Part shown: one piece after another, positions 57,273 to 64,000 of the stretch
Numbering within the stretch: the stretch's first letter is position 1
Layout: every line of letters begins with the position of its first letter
Origin: Ignavibacteriales bacterium
Lineage (GTDB): Bacteria; Bacteroidota; Ignavibacteria; T3Sed10-11
Assembly (NCBI GenBank): GCA_003568415.1
Contig: PWXV01000336.1
Span: forward strand, 69,774 to 133,773
Direction of reading: 5' to 3'
Length of the DNA stretch: 64,000 bases
The notes under the pieces: generated by a model
The model's database searches: none
What the model was told of the DNA's origin: nothing
What the model saw: the letters and a program-made list of their open reading frames with translations, nothing else
Translations under genes and position numbers: made by a program

Positions 57273-57941
57273 ATGGAACAATTTAACGGCATACTCGAGT
57301 CATTAAATCGATTCTGGATTGATATCGGAGCTTTCCTCCCAAACTTACTTGTCGCAGCTTTATTGTTAATTATCGGTTGGATTGTGGCAAAAGTAGTGCA
57401 AAATGTTACTATTCGGGGACTCCGGTTTCTTCGTATCGATGTGTTTGCTGAACGTTCAGGTATTGAAGATTTTTTACTCAAGGGAGGTGTTCGTTTTACC
57501 GCGGTTACACTTATAGCTGCCTTGATTTATTGGACAATATTATTTGTTGTCTTTCTGGCAGTATTAAATACGCTCGGACTGGATATTGCCGCGGAATTAT
57601 TCAATCAGGTAATATTATATATCCCGAATGTTATCGTTGCGATAGCGCTGTTGATTTTTGGAACATTGTTTGCACAGTTTGTACAAAGCGCATTATTTAC
57701 GTATCTGAATAATATAGGTATCAGTGGTGCCCGGCTTGTCAGCGGCATTGCTAAATATGCGATCATCGTGTTTGTAATTTCAATCGCACTCGAACAACTT
57801 GCCATCGGCGGAGATATTCTTGTTTCTGCGTTTCAAATTGCGTTCGGAGCGTTTTGTCTGGCGCTTGCCCTTGCTTTCGGATTGGGTGGTCGCGATTGGG
57901 CAGCACGCGTTATAGATAATGTGTCAAAAAAAGCAAAGTAG
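57273..57941 (+). CDS. TM-helix repeat membrane protein (CmpX/MscS N-terminal-like)
   Basis: Two PN(L/V).VA..LLI.G repeats, ALAFGLGGRDWA; no cytoplasmic MscS beta domain. Confidence 0.8.
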   Translation: MEQFNGILESLNRFWIDIGAFLPNLLVAALLLIIGWIVAKVVQNVTIRGLRFLRIDVFAERSGIEDFLLKGGVRFTAVTLIAALIYWTILFVVFLAVLNTLGLDIAAELFNQVILYIPNVIVAIALLIFGTLFAQFVQSALFTYLNNIGISGARLVSGIAKYAIIVFVISIALEQLAIGGDILVSAFQIAFGAFCLALALAFGLGGRDWAARVIDNVSKKAK

Positions 57942-57956
57942 GAAGGAGAGTAGAGC

Positions 57957-58805
57957 ATGATATTGGATTGCCATGTACATATTAATAATTATGGTGATGA
58001 AGAAAAGGATGTAACGGAGAAAACGTTTGAAGAACTCCAGACATCGATGCGCCGTAACCGTATCGATGCAGCGATGATATTGACCTCATATAAAGTAAAT
58101 CCCGGTCGTCCTTCAACACGGGAAGCCGTGCGATTGACCGAAGATTTGAAGCATATTTATGTCGTGGCGGGAATCAGCTATAATGATTTTCATCTGAATT
58201 ATCTCGTTGAGCTGCGCGATTATTTAAAAGATGGTACAGTGCGGGTATTAAAATTATATCCGGGGTATGAACCCTTTTATCCGAATGATGACATACTGCA
58301 TCCGGTGTATGAACTTGCCGAAGAATTCGATGTGCCTGTTATGATTCATACCGGTGATACATATTCACCGACCGGAAAAATTAAATATTCACATCCGATC
58401 CACGTTGATGATGTTGCAGTTGATTTTCCGAGGGTTAAGTTTATCATATGCCATCTCGGAAATCCCTGGACCCGCGATACAATGGAGGTTGTCTATAAAA
58501 ACGATAATGTGTATACTGATATCTCCGGATTGGTGCTCGGCAATTTTACCGACCGGTTCGAGGTATTCATGCGAAAACAACTGCAGGAAATGATACTTTT
58601 TGGTGTTGACCCGAATAGTGTTTTGTTCGGTACCGACTGGCCCATCTGTACTATGGAAACCTATTTACGGTTTATGAACGAACTGAAATTACCACTCGGT
58701 GAAAAAAAGAAAATATTCTGGGAAAATGGCGCTAAATTGTTTAAACTCGCTACATCAGACTCGCAGTTGAACAAGGGGTCTATGTGGGATTTTCTGAAAA
58801 CGTGA
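57957..58805 (+). CDS. amidohydrolase family protein (Amidohydro_2)
   Basis: DCHVH, KLYPGY, IHTG, ICHLGNP, FGTDWP. Confidence 0.88.
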   Translation: MILDCHVHINNYGDEEKDVTEKTFEELQTSMRRNRIDAAMILTSYKVNPGRPSTREAVRLTEDLKHIYVVAGISYNDFHLNYLVELRDYLKDGTVRVLKLYPGYEPFYPNDDILHPVYELAEEFDVPVMIHTGDTYSPTGKIKYSHPIHVDDVAVDFPRVKFIICHLGNPWTRDTMEVVYKNDNVYTDISGLVLGNFTDRFEVFMRKQLQEMILFGVDPNSVLFGTDWPICTMETYLRFMNELKLPLGEKKKIFWENGAKLFKLATSDSQLNKGSMWDFLKT

Positions 58806-58823
58806 AATCAAGGAAGTATATTA

Positions 58824-59597
58824 ATGACACGATTAGAAAAAGCTATCGTTCTAATAACCGGTGCAAGCAGCGGTATTGGTGAGGCATGTGCACGTGCCTT
58901 TGCCGATGCCGGCGCGAATCTCATTATTACTGCACGTAGAAATGAACGTCTCGAGCAACTTTCACAGGAGTTAAGGAATAATCACAAATCAGACGTCCTT
59001 GCTATTGAATTAGATGTACGAGATCAGCAAGCGGTGGAAGAAGCGATACCTTCATTGCCCGATGCCTGGAAAAAGATTGATGTTCTGGTTAATAATGCCG
59101 GATTGAGTCGCGGACTTGATAAAATTTATGAAGGGAAAATTCAGGATTGGGAGGAGATGGTCGATACCAATGTCAAAGGATTGCTCTATGTTAGCAGGGC
59201 AGTACTTCCCGGTATGGTTGAGCGCAACAAAGGAACAGTTATCAATATCGGTTCAATTGCGGGTCGTGAGGTATATCAAAAGGGAAATGTTTATTGTGCA
59301 ACAAAATTTGCTGTTGACGCGCTTACAAAAGGAATGCGCCTCGACCTGGTTGATACACAGGTGCGCGTCTGTACTGTCGATCCCGGCCTTGTTGAAACAG
59401 AGTTCAGTCAGGTTCGTTTCCGCGGTGATGCCGAGCGTGCAAAAAAAGTCTATTCGGACATGACACCGCTAACAGGCGACGATGTTGCCGAGGCTGTTGT
59501 ATTTGCCGCAAGCCGTCCACCACATGTACAATGTGCAGAGATATTGTTACTACCGACAGATCAGGCAGGCCCAACAATGGTACATCGAAGAAAATAA
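58824..59597 (+). CDS. SDR oxidoreductase (YdfG-like)
   Basis: TGASSGIG, NNAG, YCATK, PGLVETEFS. Confidence 0.92.
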   Translation: MTRLEKAIVLITGASSGIGEACARAFADAGANLIITARRNERLEQLSQELRNNHKSDVLAIELDVRDQQAVEEAIPSLPDAWKKIDVLVNNAGLSRGLDKIYEGKIQDWEEMVDTNVKGLLYVSRAVLPGMVERNKGTVINIGSIAGREVYQKGNVYCATKFAVDALTKGMRLDLVDTQVRVCTVDPGLVETEFSQVRFRGDAERAKKVYSDMTPLTGDDVAEAVVFAASRPPHVQCAEILLLPTDQAGPTMVHRRK

Positions 59598-59613
59598 GAC
59601 AGGAATACATAAT

Positions 59614-59991
59614 ATGAGCCATACATTTTTCATCCTCGGCGCTGTCTTTGCATTGATCGGCGTTGCTGCCGGTGCATTCGGCGCACACACATTGCGAGAT
59701 ATGCTCACGACACACTATTTGCATGTGTTTGAAACAGGTGTTCGCTATCAGATGTACCATGCTTTTGCATTGATTTTTACAGCGTGGGCACTTGATAAAT
59801 ATAACGATACCTACTTCCGGTTTGCAGGATGGGTGTTTACCGCAGGTATTATTTTGTTCTCGGGAAGTTTATATATCCTTGCATTAACGGGAACAGGTTG
59901 GCTCGGTGCAATAACACCGTTCGGGGGAGTGTTATTCCTTGCCGGATGGTTATTACTGATAATAGGATTTTTTAGTTCAAAAAAAGCTTAG
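59614..59991 (+). CDS. DUF423 (YgdD/TMEM256) membrane protein
   Basis: GAFGAH, YQMYHA, LFSGSLY, GAITPFGG; start moved to ATG 59614. Confidence 0.9.
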   Translation: MSHTFFILGAVFALIGVAAGAFGAHTLRDMLTTHYLHVFETGVRYQMYHAFALIFTAWALDKYNDTYFRFAGWVFTAGIILFSGSLYILALTGTGWLGAITPFGGVLFLAGWLLLIIGFFSSKKA

Positions 59992-60024
59992 TAATATTTT
60001 GTTGATAAGTAGAGGTGCTTATTT

Positions 60025-62352
60025 ATGCAAAAGTATATATTTTTTGCAATACTTGTTTTGATTGTTTTTTCTACAACCATCCTTGCAGAAGAACCTTCAC
60101 GCGGCTGGCTGACCGTTGACAAGATTATGCAGGATGCTGCCTGGATCGGGTCCTCTCCCGAAGATGTATTCTGGTCTGAAGATGGTTCAATGATTTACTT
60201 CACTTGGAGAACGCAGAAAGACGATGGTGATTCCCTGTATGTAGTATCTGCTGAGGGTGGGATGCCGGAACGTGTTCCGCTGAGTGAATACCGGAAGCTG
60301 CCATCGCGTCGCGGTGAGTACAACAGGGACCGCACGAAAAAGGTGTATGAAAAATATGGTGATATTTTCATCTACGATATTAAGGAGGGTGAGGAATATC
60401 AATTAACCAATACACTGAAACGAAAATCCAACCCACAATTCACCCTGGATGAAAGCAAGATTACTTTCGAGAGTGAAAATAACTTTTTTACGTATGATCT
60501 TGAATCAGGACTGATCTCACAACTCACGAATATACAGAAGGGTCGATCACCACGCGAACAGTCTCCTACCGAGAAGGAAGAGTATCTTCGTGAACAGGAA
60601 TTAGCATTATTTGAGGTTCTTCGTGAAAGGAAACGGCGACGCGAAAAAGCCGAAGCATTAGAAGAGGCACTTCGGCCGTCGTATCCTGCTCCATATTATA
60701 TCGACGAAAAATCGGTATCCTCGTTTGTCCTTTCACCCGATGAACGGTATATTTCATTTATTATACCGGAACGTGATCGGCGGGCAAAACCAACTGAAGT
60801 GCCAAACTATATCACAGAAAACGGCTATACCGAAACAATACGCAGCAGACCAAAAACCGGATACCCCGCAATGCGAATGGGAAAAAAAATATATGATACA
60901 AAAAAGGATACGGTCTATAGCCTGAATGTCGATGCACTGCAAAGTGAAGATAATGCCCGGGAGAGTAACGACCTCCTGTACGGTCCGGTACTCTGGTCGC
61001 CTGATGGTCGTCATGCAATGACCCAGATCTTTTCACAGGATAATAAACACCGCTGGATAGTTACAATCGATGTTGCTGAAGCAGCCGTCTCAAAAGTGCT
61101 TGAATATCAGTATGATGAAGCCTGGCTTCGGGGACCGGGTATTCGTGGATGGGGAATACAAACAACACTGGGCTGGATGCCCGATTCTAAACATGTGTAT
61201 TTCCAATCTGAGGAAACCGGTTACTCAAATCTATACATTGTGGATAGTAACGGAGAGAATAAACAAGCCCTGACCGGCGGTTCTTTTGAAGTTTACCGCG
61301 CGATTATTTCCAGGAATGAAGAACACTGGTATCTTACAACTAATGAAAGGCATTTCGGAGAACGGCATCTCTATACGATGCCGCTCATGGGAGGAACCCG
61401 CACCCAAATCACCAAACTCGAGGGAAGAAATGATACCTATATTTCTCCCGGTGAGTACCGGATTGCAATACTCCGTTCTTTTAAAAACGAAATGCCTGAG
61501 TTGTACATTATGGATAATGAACCGGGCGCACAACCCGAACGCATAACTCATTCAGCTTCGGACGAGTTTCTGGCATACGATTGGCGGATTCCGGAGTTAA
61601 TAAAATTTGAAGCACGTGACGGTGCAAGGGTACCGGCACGGTTATATAAGCCTGAAAAACCAAACAATGCTGCGGTAATTTTTGTCCACGGTGCGGGATA
61701 TCTGCAGAATGCACACCGATGGTGGAGCTCATATTTCCGGGAGTATATGTTCCATAATCTGCTGGCAGATAAAGGGTACACTGTACTTGACATAGATTAT
61801 CGCGGTAGTGCCGGTCTCGGTCGTGACTGGCGGACGGCTATTTATACGCATATGGGTGGTAAGGATCTCGATGATCATATCGATGGTGCAAACTACCTGG
61901 TCGAAGAACATGGTATCGACCCGGAGCGCATAGGAATTTACGGCGGCTCCTACGGCGGGTTTATTGTTTTTATGGCAATGTTTACCGAGCCTGGTGTATT
62001 TGCTTCGGGGGCCGCACTACGTCCGGTAACCGACTGGGCGCATTATGCACATTGGTATTCTTCAAATATTCTTGATATTCCGTTTGAAAATCAGGAAAAT
62101 TACAAAAGAAGTTCTCCAATCTATCATGCAGAAGGATTTGAAGGATCGCTGCTTATTACCGCACCGATGGTTGATACGAATGTACATTTCCAGGATGTAG
62201 TCCGGCTTTCACAGCGATTAATCGAACTCGGAAAGGAGAACTGGGAGGTTGCGTTATATCCTGTTGAAGATCACGGATTTGTTGAACCCTCGAGCTGGAC
62301 GGATCAGTACCGGCGAATTTTACGTTTGTTTGAAGAAACATTACAACAATAA
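60025..62352 (+). CDS. S9 family (dipeptidyl peptidase IV-like) serine peptidase, exported
   Basis: Signal peptide, beta-propeller region, GGSYGG, DTNVH, EDHGF. Confidence 0.92.
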   Translation: MQKYIFFAILVLIVFSTTILAEEPSRGWLTVDKIMQDAAWIGSSPEDVFWSEDGSMIYFTWRTQKDDGDSLYVVSAEGGMPERVPLSEYRKLPSRRGEYNRDRTKKVYEKYGDIFIYDIKEGEEYQLTNTLKRKSNPQFTLDESKITFESENNFFTYDLESGLISQLTNIQKGRSPREQSPTEKEEYLREQELALFEVLRERKRRREKAEALEEALRPSYPAPYYIDEKSVSSFVLSPDERYISFIIPERDRRAKPTEVPNYITENGYTETIRSRPKTGYPAMRMGKKIYDTKKDTVYSLNVDALQSEDNARESNDLLYGPVLWSPDGRHAMTQIFSQDNKHRWIVTIDVAEAAVSKVLEYQYDEAWLRGPGIRGWGIQTTLGWMPDSKHVYFQSEETGYSNLYIVDSNGENKQALTGGSFEVYRAIISRNEEHWYLTTNERHFGERHLYTMPLMGGTRTQITKLEGRNDTYISPGEYRIAILRSFKNEMPELYIMDNEPGAQPERITHSASDEFLAYDWRIPELIKFEARDGARVPARLYKPEKPNNAAVIFVHGAGYLQNAHRWWSSYFREYMFHNLLADKGYTVLDIDYRGSAGLGRDWRTAIYTHMGGKDLDDHIDGANYLVEEHGIDPERIGIYGGSYGGFIVFMAMFTEPGVFASGAALRPVTDWAHYAHWYSSNILDIPFENQENYKRSSPIYHAEGFEGSLLITAPMVDTNVHFQDVVRLSQRLIELGKENWEVALYPVEDHGFVEPSSWTDQYRRILRLFEETLQQ

Positions 62353-62370
62353 TACAAACAGTTACCAAGG

Positions 62371-63372
62371 ATGATCATGAAAAATGCTCAGATATCAGGA
62401 ATAGGACATCACGTCCCTGATCGTGTCGTAACAAATTTCGATCTGGAAAAAATGATGGATACGACGAATGAATGGATACTTGAACGAACAGGTATCCATA
62501 CACGAAGATGGGTAACCGATGGCGATACCCTGTCGGGTCTTGCTCATAAAGCAACTTTGAAAGCGCTCGATATGGCAGGGAAGAAACCCGATGATATTCA
62601 ATTCATTATTTTTGCAAGTCTTGCCTCGGATCATGAATTTCCCGGCGGGGGATGTTTTTTACAGGAGAAGTTGGGCTTACCCGGTATTCCTGCAATGGAT
62701 ATTCGAAATGCATGCAGTGGTTTCGTTTATGGTTTGTCCGTTGCAGATCAATTCATCAAAACAGGAATGTACGATACCATACTCCTTATCGGTGCCGAGA
62801 TACAGAGTACTTCGCTCGATCTCACAACCCGCGGCCGCGATGTCTCGGTGATATTCGGCGATGGTGCAGGGGCAGCTGTTATTACCGCTACGGATAATAA
62901 GGAAAAAGGTGTTTTAACGACTCATCTGCACGCCGATGGCCGATTTGCCAGTAAATTATGGGCAGATGCTCCATCGGTAAATGATAATCCCCGAATCTCA
63001 AAGGAATTGGTTGAAACTGATCGAATATTTCCGAAGATGGAAGGACGGTTTGTCTTCAAACATGCGGTTACACGTTTTCCGGAGGTTATACAAGAGGCAC
63101 TCACTGCTACCGGTTATTCAAATGACGATCTGGATCTTGTAATACCTCACCAAGCAAATATTCGTATTACTGAAGCGGTTGCCCATCGACTCCAGATGGG
63201 GATGGATAAAGTCTATAGTAACATCGAGCGTTATGGTAACACAACTGCCGCTTCAATACCAATTGCGATAAGTGAAGCTGTTGAGCAAGGGCTTATCAAG
63301 GATAATTCGCTTGTTTGTCTGGCATCGTTCGGAGCCGGATTCACATGGGCATCAGCGCTCATCAGGTGGTAA
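62371..63372 (+). CDS. fabH: 3-oxoacyl-ACP synthase III
   Basis: Cys-His-Asn triad NACSGF, PHQAN, YGNTTAAS; FGDGAGA, FGAGFTW. Confidence 0.95.
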   Translation: MIMKNAQISGIGHHVPDRVVTNFDLEKMMDTTNEWILERTGIHTRRWVTDGDTLSGLAHKATLKALDMAGKKPDDIQFIIFASLASDHEFPGGGCFLQEKLGLPGIPAMDIRNACSGFVYGLSVADQFIKTGMYDTILLIGAEIQSTSLDLTTRGRDVSVIFGDGAGAAVITATDNKEKGVLTTHLHADGRFASKLWADAPSVNDNPRISKELVETDRIFPKMEGRFVFKHAVTRFPEVIQEALTATGYSNDDLDLVIPHQANIRITEAVAHRLQMGMDKVYSNIERYGNTTAASIPIAISEAVEQGLIKDNSLVCLASFGAGFTWASALIRW

Positions 63373-63999
63373 GGTTTCAGATTCAACTTCATCCTCGTCG
63401 TACCGGCGGCGCTCAATGATTTTCTTAATGAACGCAATGATAACAAGAAGTGCTCCGAGCAGAAATAGAATTTGAAACATATTTCTGCTGATGTAGGTGA
63501 ACCATGAAACCCGCGCCTGTATGTCGCTTGACCAGTTACGTTCGATTTGTCGCAGCGAATGAGGGAGTACTGTTGCAAATGCCCGGTCGACCGATGCATT
63601 ATGACGCATTTCGTGAATAATCTCTTTCAGCGAACGTTCACCATAGGTAGTTACAATGAAGTCTATAAAACTTTGGCTTTGTTGATAAGCGAGCATTGTT
63701 TCGCTTCTACCTGACGGAAAATATTCAAGTTCATCAAGACGAAAAAGGTTATCTCTCATTGCTGCATTTTCAAGAACCGACCAGCCGGGATCTGTGGTCA
63801 ATTCACTGATACCACCTGTTACCCATTGTGAAACACCTTCATCAAACCAACGCGGGAGAATATCGGAATCAATGTGACGATGAAGGAGAAGGTGAGATAG
63901 TTCGTGTTTTACTGTGGCGCGAAGTCTGAACGGATTATCGATCATCCGGGTATAATCAATAATCATCAGATTATGTCGTGGAATTGCAACTGCAACCAC
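63352..63999 (-). CDS. Peptidase MA-like zinc metalloprotease with C-terminal TM (5' end outside window)
   Basis: KHELSH, PRWFDEGV, AYQQS; C-terminal TM followed by charged tail. Confidence 0.8.
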   Translation of the reverse strand: MVAVAIPRHNLMIIDYTRMIDNPFRLRATVKHELSHLLLHRHIDSDILPRWFDEGVSQWVTGGISELTTDPGWSVLENAAMRDNLFRLDELEYFPSGRSETMLAYQQSQSFIDFIVTTYGERSLKEIIHEMRHNASVDRAFATVLPHSLRQIERNWSSDIQARVSWFTYISRNMFQILFLLGALLVIIAFIKKIIERRRYDEDEVESETLPPDER

Positions 64000-64000
64000 C

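Noticed and set aside
59482-59613. N-terminal extension of the DUF423 ORF
   Set aside because: Overlaps the SDR gene; family similarity starts at ATG 59614
1-64000. CRISPR arrays, tRNA/rRNA genes, selenocysteine readthrough, programmed frameshifts
   Set aside because: No regularly spaced repeats, cloverleafs, or split ORFs needing recoding were seen by eye; a covariance-model scan would be needed to exclude small RNAs

Overview
Gene-dense, mostly + strand chromosomal segment of an FCB-group bacterium, most consistent with Ignavibacteria/Chlorobi-like lineages. This is inferred from a T9SS-type C-terminal domain, a CxxxY CcmE, an HMA-AraC regulator, strong AGGAGG ribosome-binding sites and sigma70-like promoters. 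Core content: folK/deoxynucleoside kinase, asnS, an ABC-2 exporter, a separated nuoJKLMN module, nnr, tonB, a CNNM-capA-giant PAS/GAF kinase-two response regulator-CN hydrolase run, htpX/bamD, a secreted metalloprotease, ccmAB + ccmCDEF, SRP RNA (ffs), RNase E/G, gcvT, comB, ftsK-lolA, uppP, an NSS transporter, holA, a phytol kinase-DUF92 fusion, an S9 peptidase and fabH. An accessory-looking block at about 36.3-42.5 kb holds a Rcl-like hydrolase, YihY, a GGR-family reductase and a copper locus. Two small genes missing from the ORF track were found (ccmD and a MetS-like transporter subunit). No rRNA, tRNA, CRISPR array, transposase or integrase was seen. Best candidates for undescribed biology: (1) a copper locus whose HMA-AraC regulator is co-transcribed with an unrecognised secreted His/Met/Cys-rich helical protein; (2) a soluble ~10-sensor-domain kinase paired with a receiver fused to a His-less pseudo-DHp domain; (3) a two-step prenol kinase fusion. 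All annotations come from motif recognition by eye; no database searches were run.
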